This document shows, piece by piece, positions 49,981-61,076 of a stretch of DNA of 64,000 nucleotides (the stretch's first letter is position 1; every line of letters starts with the position of its first letter). Source of the DNA: Escherichia coli O157:H7 (GTDB lineage: Bacteria > Pseudomonadota > Gammaproteobacteria > Enterobacterales > Enterobacteriaceae); the NCBI RefSeq assembly GCF_013167455.1, contig NZ_CP038328.1. The stretch is one strand, 5' to 3'. Below the pieces are notes generated by a model. It had not been told where the DNA came from, did not search any database, and saw nothing but the letters and a program-made list of their open reading frames with translations. A program made the translations under genes and the position numbers.

Positions 49981-51090
49981 ATGAACGAACAATCCCAGGC
50001 CAAATCACCAGAAGCCTTGCGCGCAATGGTCGCCGGGACACTGGCCAATTTTCAGCACCCAACCCTGAAGCATAACCTCACCACGCTGAAAGCGTTGCAC
50101 CATGTCGCCTGGATGGACGACACGTTGCATGTGGAACTGGTTATGCCATTCGTCTGGCATAGCGCGTTTGAAGAGTTAAAAGAGCAATGTAGCGCCGAAC
50201 TGCTGCGTATCACCGGGGCGAAAGCTATCGACTGGAAACTGTCGCACAATATCGCCACCTTAAAACGCGTGAAGAATCAGCCGGGTATTAATGGCGTGAA
50301 GAACATCATTGCGGTCAGTTCCGGTAAAGGCGGCGTGGGTAAATCCTCCACGGCGGTAAACCTGGCGCTGGCACTGGCGGCGGAAGGGGCGAAAGTCGGC
50401 ATTCTGGACGCCGATATCTACGGCCCATCAATTCCCACCATGCTGGGCGCAGAAAATCAGCGTCCAACTTCGCCGGACGGTACCCATATGGCACCGATTA
50501 TGTCTCATGGCCTGGCAACCAATTCAATTGGTTATCTGGTCACTGACGACAATGCGATGGTGTGGCGTGGACCGATGGCGAGCAAGGCGTTAATGCAGAT
50601 GTTGCAGGAAACCTTGTGGCCGGATCTCGACTATCTGGTGCTTGATATGCCGCCAGGCACCGGTGACATTCAATTGACGCTGGCGCAAAACATTCCAGTA
50701 ACTGGTGCAGTCGTGGTCACCACCCCGCAGGACATCGCGTTGATCGATGCGAAAAAAGGCATTGTGATGTTCGAGAAAGTCGAGGTTCCGGTGCTCGGTA
50801 TTGTCGAGAACATGAGTGTGCATATTTGCAGTAACTGTGGTCACCATGAACCGATTTTCGGTACCGGTGGTGCAGAGAAACTGGCTGAAAAATACCATAC
50901 ACAGCTGCTGGGGCAGATGCCGTTACACATCTCCTTACGTGAGGATCTCGATAAAGGCACGCCAACGGTTATCAGCCGTCCGGAGAGCGAATTTACCGCT
51001 ATCTACCGCCAGCTGGCTGACCGCGTTGCAGCTCAGCTCTACTGGCAGGGTGAAGTCATTCCAGGCGAGATTTCCTTCCGCGCGGTCTAA
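49981..51090 (+). CDS. apbC: Fe-S cluster carrier ATPase ApbC (Mrp)
   Basis: 369 aa from MNEQSQAKSPEAL...; P-loop SGKGGVGKSS; CxxC (CSNC) motif; divergent from metG. Confidence 0.9.
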   Translation: MNEQSQAKSPEALRAMVAGTLANFQHPTLKHNLTTLKALHHVAWMDDTLHVELVMPFVWHSAFEELKEQCSAELLRITGAKAIDWKLSHNIATLKRVKNQPGINGVKNIIAVSSGKGGVGKSSTAVNLALALAAEGAKVGILDADIYGPSIPTMLGAENQRPTSPDGTHMAPIMSHGLATNSIGYLVTDDNAMVWRGPMASKALMQMLQETLWPDLDYLVLDMPPGTGDIQLTLAQNIPVTGAVVVTTPQDIALIDAKKGIVMFEKVEVPVLGIVENMSVHICSNCGHHEPIFGTGGAEKLAEKYHTQLLGQMPLHISLREDLDKGTPTVISRPESEFTAIYRQLADRVAAQLYWQGEVIPGEISFRAV

Positions 51091-51351
51091 CGCCTATTAA
51101 CCATTCTGGTTATTCTTCATACACCGCAGAGATGTTATATTGATGCGGTGTATTTGTTTTTGCCGCATTAATGAACACTTATTTAATACTGCGAATATTC
51201 AGTGGATCTTAGTCCGAAACTGTACAAAGGCGATTGATTGTGCAACCACTGTCTCTTTATCATCCCTCGTGGCTGTGTAGCGGATGTACAGCTATAGTGT
51301 GTTATGCACTCAATCTACCCGGCATAACCTTTACTACAGGGATAACGTTCA

Positions 51352-51633
51352 ATGAATAAGTATTGGTTGTCAGGAGCTGTTTTTCTTGCTTATGGACTAG
51401 CATCACCCGCGTTCTCTTCTGATACTACAACATTAACCATCAATGGCAGAATTAGTTCCCCTACATGCAGTATGGATGTTGTTAATAATCATCTTCAGCA
51501 ACGTTGTGGGCAGTTGTTACAACGAGTTGAAACCAACTATCGTGCTTCTTCTACTGCAAAAGGCGTTACGACAGAAGTGGTAGCTGTGGGTAATAACGAC
51601 AAACGCAAAATCGTGTTAAATCGCTACGATTAA
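51352..51633 (+). CDS. yehE: YehE (93 aa, secreted, unknown function)
   Basis: Signal peptide; size and synteny next to the yeh fimbrial genes. Confidence 0.75.
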   Translation: MNKYWLSGAVFLAYGLASPAFSSDTTTLTINGRISSPTCSMDVVNNHLQQRCGQLLQRVETNYRASSTAKGVTTEVVAVGNNDKRKIVLNRYD

Positions 51634-51924
51634 TTTGCCAACACCGTTTTAAGCATATTTAAAAAGCCAAAATCATTCCTATGAATGATTTCGGCTTTTT
51701 TATTCATCCCATAAATGTTATTTACGGTAATTTACGGTAATTAATCAGTTTCAAAAATGTTTGTTATAGCGAATTATTTGTTGTATTTATATTGCATTAG
51801 TTAATTTGTTTTAAATCAACAAAACAATATGTTTACATTGCGGCAACCTTTTTGATGTGAGAAATTTGTTTCCAAGAGATACAGACTCTTAACAAAACAA
51901 AATAAACTTATTAAGGAATGCATC

Positions 51925-52467
51925 ATGAAACATTCAATTATTGCTGTCGCTGTCTTATCTTCTGTATTTATGAGTGCTGGTATTTTCGCTGCTGAAGTAG
52001 ATACCGGAACTTTAACCATTAAAGGTAATATTGCAGAATCACCATGTACATTTGTCGCTGGCGGTGATTCAGTCAGTATTAATATGCCGACTGTACCCAC
52101 CACTGTATTTGATGGTAAAGCGAAATATTCAACTTATGATGGCGCGGTTGGTGTAACCAGCAGTATGCTGAAAATTACTTGTCCGAAGACTATTGATGGC
52201 GTAAAACTTTCGTTGATCACCAACGAGAAAATTCTTGGTAATGATAAGGCAATATCCAGTAGTAATGACACAGTTGGATACTATCTCTATTTGGGAGATA
52301 GCAGTGACGTACTGGATATTTCCGCACCATTTAATATTGAAAGTTATAAAACTGCTGATGGACAATATGCAATACCGTTTAAGGCAAAATATCTGAAGTT
52401 GACTGACAGTGGTGTTGCATCTGGTACAGTTAACTCTTCATTGGTTATGCGTGTTGCCCAGGATTAA
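51925..52467 (+). CDS. yehD: Fimbrial major subunit-like protein YehD
   Basis: 180 aa with signal peptide; type 1 fimbrial subunit-like; synteny. Confidence 0.85.
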   Translation: MKHSIIAVAVLSSVFMSAGIFAAEVDTGTLTIKGNIAESPCTFVAGGDSVSINMPTVPTTVFDGKAKYSTYDGAVGVTSSMLKITCPKTIDGVKLSLITNEKILGNDKAISSSNDTVGYYLYLGDSSDVLDISAPFNIESYKTADGQYAIPFKAKYLKLTDSGVASGTVNSSLVMRVAQD

Positions 52468-52554
52468 ATATTTAAAATAATCATCTTGTTTTTTCAGTAA
52501 GTTAAAATGGCCGCCATATTCATGGCGGCCAGCATAAATATAAGAGGCATTAAG

Positions 52555-53229
52555 ATGAAAGGGTTATTATCTTTACTCATCTCTTCTATGATATTCCCCG
52601 TGCATGCCGGAATGGTTATTTTCGGGACCCGTATCATTTACCCGGCAGAGCAGAAAGAGGTCATGGTACAACTGATGAATCAGGGAAACCGCTCTTCGCT
52701 GATGCAGGCGTGGATTGATGATGGCGACACGTCTCTGCCGCCAGAAAAGATTCAGGTTCCTTTCATGTTAACGCCACCAGTAGTGAAAGTAGCGGCCAAT
52801 TCTGGGCAACAAATAAAAATTAAAATCATGCCTAATAAATTACCCAGTAATAAGGAAAGTATTTTTTATCTTAATGTTCTGGATATTCCACCGAATAGCC
52901 CAGAAGATGAAGGAAAGAATGCGTTAAAATTTGCCATGCAAAACAGAATCAAGTTGTTTTACCGACCTGCTGGTATTGCTCCGGTAAATAAAACGACTTT
53001 TAAAAAATTACGAGTGAGTCGTAGCGGTAATAACGTAGTCATAAAAAATGACTCGCCAAATTGGGTAACGATTTCTGATGTTAAGGCTAATAACGTCAAA
53101 GTGAATTATGAAACAATCATGATTGCACCACAAGAAAGTCAGAATGTTAGTGAAAAAAATAATAATGCGAATGGCTGGCAACTGACCATTATCGATGATC
53201 ACGGCAACTATATTAGTGACAAAATTTAA
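52555..53229 (+). CDS. yehC: Periplasmic fimbrial chaperone YehC (PapD-like)
   Basis: Start at ATG 52555 gives signal peptide MKGLLSLLISSMIFPVHA after an AAGAGG RBS; an upstream ATG (52507) lies inside a hairpin and is less likely. Confidence 0.8.
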   Translation: MKGLLSLLISSMIFPVHAGMVIFGTRIIYPAEQKEVMVQLMNQGNRSSLMQAWIDDGDTSLPPEKIQVPFMLTPPVVKVAANSGQQIKIKIMPNKLPSNKESIFYLNVLDIPPNSPEDEGKNALKFAMQNRIKLFYRPAGIAPVNKTTFKKLRVSRSGNNVVIKNDSPNWVTISDVKANNVKVNYETIMIAPQESQNVSEKNNNANGWQLTIIDDHGNYISDKI

Positions 53230-53244
53230 TTGCAGGAGCTGCCT

Positions 53245-55725
53245 ATGTTGAGAATGACCCCGCTTGCATCAGCAATAGTCGCGTTATTGCTCGGCATTGA
53301 AGCACATGCAGCAGAAGAAACCTTTGACACCCATTTTATGATGGGAGGAATGAAAGGTGAGCAAGTAACAAATTTGCGTCTTGATGATAATCAGCCTTTA
53401 CCTGGGCAGTACGACATTGATATTTATGTCAATAAACAATGGCGTGGAAAATATGAGATTATCGTCAAAGATAACCCACATGAAACTTGCCTGACGCGTG
53501 AAATTGTAAAGCGGTTAGGTATAAATAGCGATAATTTTGCACGCGAAAATCAGTGTTTAACATTTGAGCAACTTGTTCAGGGCGGAAGCTACTCCTGGGA
53601 TATTGGGATTTTTCGTTTGGATCTCGCTGTTCCGCAAGCCTGGGTTGAAGAGCTGGAAAATGGTTACGTTCCGCCAGAAAACTGGGAGCGGGGAATCAAT
53701 GCGTTTTATACGTCTTATTACGTAAGTCAGTATTACAGTGACTATAAAGCCTCGGGCAATAGTAAGAGCACTTATGTGCGTTTTAACAGTGGGCTAAATT
53801 TGCTGGGATGGCAGCTGCATTCAGATGCCAGTTTTAGCAAAACGGATAATAATCCTGGTGAGTGGAAAAGCAACACGCTGTATCTGGAGCATGGATTTTC
53901 TCAAATTCTCGGTACGCTGCGTATTGGTGATATGTACACCTCAGCCGATATATTTGATTCCGTTCGCTTCACCGGGGTTCGGTTATTTCGTGATATGCAG
54001 ATGTTGCCAAACTCGAAGCAAAATTTTACCCCACGGGTACAGGGGATTGCCCAGAGTAACGCGTTGGTAACTATTGAACAGAACGGTTTTGTCGTTTATC
54101 AGAAAGAGGTTCCACCAGGTCCGTTTTCGATTAGTGATTTGCAGTTAGCGGGCGGAGGGGCGGATCTTGATGTTAGTGTTAAGGAAGCCGATGGTTCTGT
54201 GACTACGTATCTGGTGCCTTATGCGGCAGTACCTAATATGCTGCAACCTGGTGTATCAAAATATGATTTTGCGGCAGGCCGTAGTCATATTGAAGGTGCG
54301 AGCAAGCAAAGTGATTTTGTCCAGGCGGGTTATCAGTATGGTTTTAATAATTTATTGACGCTGTATGGCGGCACGATGGTTGCTAATAATTACTATGCCT
54401 TTACCCTCGGAACAGGTTGGAACACGCGTATTGGCGCAATTTCAGTCGATGCAACTAAATCGCACAGTAAGCAAGACAATGGTGATGTGTTTGACGGACA
54501 AAGTTATCAAATTGCCTATAACAAATTTTTGAGCCAAACATCAACACGTTTTGGTCTGGCGGCCTGGCGTTATTCGTCGCGTGATTACCGCACATTTAAC
54601 GATTATGTGTGGGCAAATAATAAAGATAATTATCGTCGTGATAAAAACGATGTCTATGATATTGCCGATTATTACCAGAATGATTTTGGTCGCAAAAATA
54701 GCTTTTCCGCCAATATGAGTCAGTCATTGCCAGAAGGCTGGGGATCTGTGTCATTAAGTACTTTATGGCGTGATTACTGGGGGCGAAGCGGCAGTAGTAA
54801 AGATTATCAACTGAGTTATTCCAATAACTGGCGGCGGATAAGCTATACCCTCGCGGCAAGCCAGGCGTATGACGAGAACCACGCCGAAGAGAAACGCTTT
54901 AATATTTTTATATCGATTCCCTTTGACTGGGGCGATGACGTTACGACGCCGCGACGGCAAATATATATGTCTAACTCAACGACCTTTGATGATCAGGGTT
55001 TTGCTTCAAACAATACCGGATTATCGGGAACCGTTGGGAACCGCGATCAGTTTAACTATGGTATCAACTTGAGCCATCAACATCAGGGAAATGAAACGAC
55101 AGCTGGGGCCAATTTGACCTGGACCGCACCGGCCGCAACAGTGAATGGCAGCTATAGTCAGTCGAGTACTTATCGACAGGTCGGAGCCAGTGTTTCAGGG
55201 GGACTGGTTGCCTGGTCTGGTGGCGTTAATCTGGCGAACCGTCTTTCCGAAACGTTTGCTGTGATGCATGCGCCGGGAATCAAAGATGCTTATGTCAATG
55301 GGCAAAAATATCGTACAACAAACTGTAATGGTGTGGTGGTGTACGACGGACTGACACCTTATCGGGAAAATCACCTGATGATGGATGTGTCGCAAAGCGA
55401 TAGCGAAACAGAATTACGCGGGAACCGTAAAATGACCGCCCCTTATCGCGGCGCGGTCGTTCTGGTTGATTTTGATACCGATCAGCGTAAGCCCTGGTTT
55501 ATAAAAGCATTAAGATCCGATGGACAGCCATTAACGTTTGGTTATGAAGTCAATGATATGCATGGTCATAACATTGGTGTTGTCGGCCAGGGCAGTCAGA
55601 TATTTATTCGCACCAATGAAATACCGCCAGCGGTTAATGTGGCAATTGATAAGCAACAAGGGCTTTCATGCACAATCACCTTCGGTAAAGAGATTGATGA
55701 AAGTAAAAATTATATCTGTCGGTGA
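53245..55725 (+). CDS. yehB: Outer membrane fimbrial usher YehB
   Basis: 826 aa from MLRMTPLASAIVALLLG...; usher-size beta-barrel protein; synteny. Confidence 0.9.
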   Translation: MLRMTPLASAIVALLLGIEAHAAEETFDTHFMMGGMKGEQVTNLRLDDNQPLPGQYDIDIYVNKQWRGKYEIIVKDNPHETCLTREIVKRLGINSDNFARENQCLTFEQLVQGGSYSWDIGIFRLDLAVPQAWVEELENGYVPPENWERGINAFYTSYYVSQYYSDYKASGNSKSTYVRFNSGLNLLGWQLHSDASFSKTDNNPGEWKSNTLYLEHGFSQILGTLRIGDMYTSADIFDSVRFTGVRLFRDMQMLPNSKQNFTPRVQGIAQSNALVTIEQNGFVVYQKEVPPGPFSISDLQLAGGGADLDVSVKEADGSVTTYLVPYAAVPNMLQPGVSKYDFAAGRSHIEGASKQSDFVQAGYQYGFNNLLTLYGGTMVANNYYAFTLGTGWNTRIGAISVDATKSHSKQDNGDVFDGQSYQIAYNKFLSQTSTRFGLAAWRYSSRDYRTFNDYVWANNKDNYRRDKNDVYDIADYYQNDFGRKNSFSANMSQSLPEGWGSVSLSTLWRDYWGRSGSSKDYQLSYSNNWRRISYTLAASQAYDENHAEEKRFNIFISIPFDWGDDVTTPRRQIYMSNSTTFDDQGFASNNTGLSGTVGNRDQFNYGINLSHQHQGNETTAGANLTWTAPAATVNGSYSQSSTYRQVGASVSGGLVAWSGGVNLANRLSETFAVMHAPGIKDAYVNGQKYRTTNCNGVVVYDGLTPYRENHLMMDVSQSDSETELRGNRKMTAPYRGAVVLVDFDTDQRKPWFIKALRSDGQPLTFGYEVNDMHGHNIGVVGQGSQIFIRTNEIPPAVNVAIDKQQGLSCTITFGKEIDESKNYICR

Positions 55726-55735
55726 GAGGTGAAAT

Positions 55736-56770
55736 ATGATGTTCAGAAATAGAATATTACTAATATTTATATTGTGGGCTAATTTTACCTGGGCTGGGTG
55801 TCGTACTACTGCATCATTAAATATTACAGATGGTATTAATGTTGGGGAGATTTTAGCGAATGAAACTTCCTTTAGTAAAAGTGTCGTGTTTACTGGGATA
55901 TCTTGTGATACGAGCACGGATAAAATAGTTTATAAAAATATCCAAAGTGATTGGGTTGAAGTTGGGCCTTTTGGTAATGGCGAAAAATTAAAGGTTAAAA
56001 TAGAGTCTTTAGGTAAAACCAGCGACACAATTGGGAAATCCAGCAATGCGCAGGCAGTATTACCTTATGTGGTTAAAATAGCCAGAGGCACACCTGATTT
56101 TACTGGAGAAAGAAAATCTACCTGGTTTATTTCAGATACCGTGATTGCAAATATTGGCGGTGAGTCATCGTCATCCATCGATTTTTGGTTGGGTATTTGT
56201 AAGGCATTGAAGTTTAACTGGTGTGTGAATTATCTCACCAGCAAACTGGCGGGGGATACATTTACGCTTGGGTTAAATATTTCCTATTATCCTAAAAATA
56301 CGACCTGTAAGCCTGAAAACACCGTTATAAAAGTAGATGATATCGCCTTGTTCCAGCTCAGAAATCAGGGAAAGATTGCGGCGAACAGTAAGGAAGGAAC
56401 AATTACGTTGAAATGTGATAATCTTTTCGGCGACAAAAAACAAGCATCGCGGAATATGGTTGTATATCTTTCTAGCAGTGACTTAGTTAAAGGAAGTAAT
56501 ACTATTTTGCGTGGTAAAACAGATAATGGTGTAGGGTTTGTGTTGGATCTAACAGAACCACCAAAAGGGACTGAGGCTGCCATTAAAATTTCGGCCAACG
56601 GCGATCAGGGCGCGGCGACATCATTATGGAAAACAGATAAACCAGGAGTTTCATTAAATAGCAACATTATTAATATACCAGTCATGGCCAGTTACTATGT
56701 ATATGATGAAAAAAAAGTTAAATCTGGCGCACTGGAAGCAACCGCATTAATCAACGTGAAATACGATTAA
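55736..56770 (+). CDS. yehA: Fimbrial adhesin-like protein YehA
   Basis: 344 aa with signal peptide; last gene of the chaperone-usher operon. Confidence 0.8.
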   Translation: MMFRNRILLIFILWANFTWAGCRTTASLNITDGINVGEILANETSFSKSVVFTGISCDTSTDKIVYKNIQSDWVEVGPFGNGEKLKVKIESLGKTSDTIGKSSNAQAVLPYVVKIARGTPDFTGERKSTWFISDTVIANIGGESSSSIDFWLGICKALKFNWCVNYLTSKLAGDTFTLGLNISYYPKNTTCKPENTVIKVDDIALFQLRNQGKIAANSKEGTITLKCDNLFGDKKQASRNMVVYLSSSDLVKGSNTILRGKTDNGVGFVLDLTEPPKGTEAAIKISANGDQGAATSLWKTDKPGVSLNSNIINIPVMASYYVYDEKKVKSGALEATALINVKYD

Positions 56771-56826
56771 TAACAAGCAAGATGAGCAAGTGGCTAATAA
56801 TAAGAAATAATAAGGTGTCTGCATTT

Positions 56827-56853
56827 CCCCCTCTCTCCGAGGGGGCTTTTTTT
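56827..56853 (+). terminator. Rho-independent terminator after yehA (CCCCCTC-tctcc-GAGGGGG then T7)
   Basis: Seen in sequence. Confidence 0.6.
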
Positions 56854-57190
56854 AGCGATGATAAAAAATCTCACCGTCGTAGGCTTTAATGATTTTACCG
56901 TCGGTGTCGCTGATCAACACGTACGCGCCACCCATATAGGTCCAGTGCGTCCCGGCATCCGGCGCGGGCAGGTTACGCAACTGCCACTGCTTAATGTTGT
57001 ACTCATCGGTACGGTACATCTCTGGTACGGTGTCCCCTGGTTTGTAATGCTTAAAGTCAGCAATGAAACTGCTTAACTCATACTTAGAAATTCCCGAGGT
57101 ATTGGTCGAACCCGCGGTGGCTGGTGCGGCCCAGGCGGCACTGGTAACCAGCAAAAGCGCACCCAGCAACATCTTATTTTTAATGGTCAT
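56852..57190 (-). CDS. rcnB: Periplasmic nickel/cobalt homeostasis protein RcnB (YohN)
   Basis: 112 aa from MTIKNKMLLGALLLVTSAAWA; synteny with rcnA. Confidence 0.85.
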   Translation of the reverse strand: MTIKNKMLLGALLLVTSAAWAAPATAGSTNTSGISKYELSSFIADFKHYKPGDTVPEMYRTDEYNIKQWQLRNLPAPDAGTHWTYMGGAYVLISDTDGKIIKAYDGEIFYHR

Positions 57191-57407
57191 AAACTCTCCA
57201 CTTTGGGGATCTGTAATATCAGTCGCATATCTTTCCTGCCATACAATATAACTGACAAGCGATATTTTGTTAGTGATCCCATGATTTCGTAAAAAGTGTA
57301 AATGAAAGGATGTAGCAAAAGCATCCTCATTGAGCGAGAAGTGAGCGGAATAAGCTGATTTAAGAATCATCCTGGGCTAAAAGGATAGCGAAGCCCAGGT
57401 GATTGTT

Positions 57408-58259
<852 letters not shown>

Positions 58260-58296
58260 GATAATAATTCTTAGTATTAATTCGGCAATCTGATTC

Positions 58297-58351
58297 TACT
58301 CCCCCCCAGTACCTGATACTACCCCCCAGTACCTGATACTACCCCCCAGTA
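58297..58351. promoter_or_regulatory. Three tandem RcnR operator-type sites (TACT-C6/7-AGTA on the plus strand, i.e. TACT-G6-N-AGTA on the rcnA strand) at 20-bp spacing in the rcnA-rcnR intergenic region
   Basis: Sites at 58297-58311, 58317-58331 and 58337-58351; the last two are exact copies of a 20-bp unit. Confidence 0.7.
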
Positions 58352-58399
58352 GATTAATAGTGCTATGATTTTTCATGTTCTTGTTAACCAGGTGTTGCC

Positions 58400-58672
58400 A
58401 TGTCTCATACAATCCGTGATAAACAGAAACTGAAAGCGCGTGCCAGTAAGATTCAGGGCCAGGTCGTGGCGCTCAAGAAAATGCTCGACGAGCCGCACGA
58501 ATGCGCTGCAGTTTTACAACAGATTGCTGCTATCCGTGGCGCGGTAAACGGTCTGATGCGGGAAGTGATTAAAGGTCATCTAACGGAACATATCGTTCAC
58601 CAGGGGGATGAGCTAAAACGTGAAGAAGATCTGGATGTTGTTCTGAAGGTGCTGGATTCTTATATCAAATGA
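58400..58672 (+). CDS. rcnR: Nickel/cobalt-responsive repressor RcnR (CsoR/RcnR family)
   Basis: 90-aa helical protein; synteny divergent from rcnA. Confidence 0.9.
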
Positions 58673-58781
58673 AAGTGCCTAATATGGCCGTAGTTGAGGC
58701 AATAAATAGAGGGACAAGTGACGTTAAGCTGAATTAGAGTAAATGGCGTGAGGACACACGCCATTCGAGGTTATAGTTTGA

Positions 58782-59096
58782 TTAATTTTCGAAAAATTGC
58801 TTCACAGCCCAGCCACCATGACCACCTGGAGTTATGAATGAAACAAAACCTTTGTCATCTACGCTCTGGATTTCTACCGTCATTGATTCATCTAACACGC
58901 GACATTTATTGGATGTAATGAGACTCAGCATAGCCTGTTGGTCATTGTCCTGGATGTAACTGATCATCTCGTAAAAGTCAGTTAACTTTTTACAGTTAAA
59001 TGTACCTTCTTTAAGTGTTGCGCTGTCTCCGTGACTTAGTGCGAATGCATTTGGCATCATTGCCACAAAGATGACGGTAACGAGTAGTTTTTTCAT
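58782..59096 (-). CDS. Hypothetical secreted protein (104 aa, signal peptide, two Cys) in an AT-rich islet
   Basis: ORF with N-terminal signal peptide MKKLLVTVIFVAMMPNAFA; low-GC context. Confidence 0.5.
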   Translation of the reverse strand: MKKLLVTVIFVAMMPNAFALSHGDSATLKEGTFNCKKLTDFYEMISYIQDNDQQAMLSLITSNKCRVLDESMTVEIQSVDDKGFVSFITPGGHGGWAVKQFFEN

Positions 59097-59105
59097 TTTA
59101 GCCTC

Positions 59106-59453
59106 TTATAATTCAGAACATTCACTGATGTTGTAAGTGCCTTTTCTACCATCATCGTTTACGAGATGTAGCACGAAGATGATGGGATTGGCATCAATGA
59201 AAGATACAGAGACGTTCCCGCTTTCGGTGCTATACATCTTTGCAATCTGTTTTTCACCAATATATGAGAGATCCCAACTCACTCCGTTCAAGCTAAAATG
59301 CATCTGTTTGCCGTCAATATCGATGGAGGATTGTGCCGTAACGGTTTTCCCATTGCTGCCAATTTGACCCTGCTGAAGAGCATCACATTTATAGGAGCTT
59401 GCATAAGTAGATAGAGGTAGTAGCAGAAGTGCAGCAAAAATTTTACTCTTCAT
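59106..59453 (-). CDS. Hypothetical secreted protein (115 aa, signal peptide, two Cys) in an AT-rich islet
   Basis: ORF with signal peptide MKSKIFAALLLLPLSTYA; adjacent and co-oriented with the 104-aa ORF. Confidence 0.5.
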   Translation of the reverse strand: MKSKIFAALLLLPLSTYASSYKCDALQQGQIGSNGKTVTAQSSIDIDGKQMHFSLNGVSWDLSYIGEKQIAKMYSTESGNVSVSFIDANPIIFVLHLVNDDGRKGTYNISECSEL

Positions 59454-60503
59454 ATTTTCCCTTTGCTTGGATTTGGGTTACCTATTTTGGGGTAGTCATT
59501 ATAAAACTATTAATTAGTAAAACGAACAAGTTTTCATTTGTTTAGCAATGGTATTGTTTAGGTTTGAAATTATTACGTATTTTCATAGCAATAGGTTGGA
59601 TAAACAGCAGTTCAGGGAACAAGTTGCACTATCTACATACTTTTCCGCTTTCCATTGCATGTTAGGTAATAGATAGCCTTTGCCCGTAAGACTAAAAATA
59701 TTAGAAATGACTCATTCGAATACCTTCTATTCACCTTAATATAGGTTTGATTATTGTAATCGTTTAATGTGTCTTATGATTTTTTCCTACTTTTCATTTG
59801 CATAATATAGGGGGCACAGCATGCTCTTGAAATTAATTATTAAAATATTTAAATTTTACAGCACACAACTACTTTTCGTTGTCTTATGTGTTGAACGTAC
59901 TTCGAGTATAGGTAGGGTTGTATATATATTGCGTGGGTAGAGTTAGAATAGAGGAAGCATCATTTATAGAATATTCAAGAACGTTAGCCTGTGATCAATA
60001 AATAAAAATATCAAATGGTGTTCAAACATATTTTTCTATGAAAAATCCAGCCATCTATGATGAATTTTTAGATCCATTTTAATTAAAGTATGATTATGAA
60101 CCAAGATTTAGCCAAGAATGGGGGTATAGCGCGTATCCAATGACACCGGAAAACGCATCTATGAAGTCCTTATTTATCTCTATAAGAGGAAATCAACACT
60201 AATAAAATGTAGTGATGTAACATATCGAGCAGGTTGCTCTGATGCTGGTCTTCAACTGTGGCTTAAACAGCTATCAAACTTCGGTGTTATTGAGATGAAA
60301 GAATTATCATTCTCAACTATCAATCTCAAAAAGCTAGAGAAAATAGACCTTAATTATTCCACTCTCTAAATTTATCTATTTATTTAAAGTAAAAATGAAA
60401 ATATTATGGTATCAGCTACGTGGTGGTAACTGGTTTTTATGATCATAGGTACATATACAGGGAACCCTGGAAAACGAAAGTAATATATTGATGATTTCGT
60501 TTG

Positions 60504-60761
60504 TTATAACTTCGTGGTATCAAGTCCGGCGGCTTTGAGTCGCTCGGTAAGATTTCTCATTTTGCTGAACTCTGTAGCAAAGCTGGCTTTAAGTCCTACA
60601 CCTTCGCAAAACTCTTTTGCCGTGACGTTTTTCAGATGGTCAGCGTATTTGATCATCTGGAGGTGCATTTCCATCGTTTGGCTATTTCGTGGTGCGCTGC
60701 TAATGGCTTGCTTAATGTTCTCGTAGATCTGGGTTTCTGTCATTTTTATCTCACCTATCAA
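60504..60761 (-). CDS. Hypothetical small protein (85 aa), possibly HTH-like, divergent from thiM
   Basis: ORF only; family not recognised. Confidence 0.4.
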   Translation of the reverse strand: MIGEIKMTETQIYENIKQAISSAPRNSQTMEMHLQMIKYADHLKNVTAKEFCEGVGLKASFATEFSKMRNLTERLKAAGLDTTKL

Positions 60762-60947
60762 ATTTAGATAAATAATATAAATTAGCTAATTAAGATAGTC
60801 TACAGTTTTTACCACCTGAATGATGGGTGTGAATTGTTTCTTTTTCATTACTGATATGGGGTACACAGTGAAGACGTAATGAATGGAGGCGAGCTTGCAT
60901 CTGCAAGCCTCTTCCCCTAAGCTGGCACAAAATATAGAGATTCAACC

Positions 60948-61070
60948 AAACGACTCGGGGTGCCCTTCTGCGTGAAGGCTGAGAAATACCCGTATCACCT
61001 GATCTGGATAATGCCAGCGTAGGGAAGTCACGGACCACCAGGTCATTGCTTCTTCACGTTATGGCAGGAG
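60948..61070 (+). promoter_or_regulatory. TPP riboswitch (THI element) in the thiM leader
   Basis: Sequence ACGACTCGGGGTGCCCTTCTGCGTGAAGGCTGAGAAATACCCGTATCACCTGATCTGGATAATGCCAGCGTAGGGAAGTC matches the recalled E. coli thiM riboswitch aptamer; immediately upstream of the thiM RBS. Confidence 0.8.
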
Positions 61071-61076
61071 CAAACT

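Noticed and set aside
58297-58351. Possible CRISPR-like array
   Set aside because: Only three 15-nt palindromic sites with 5-nt spacers and no cas genes; these are transcription-factor operators
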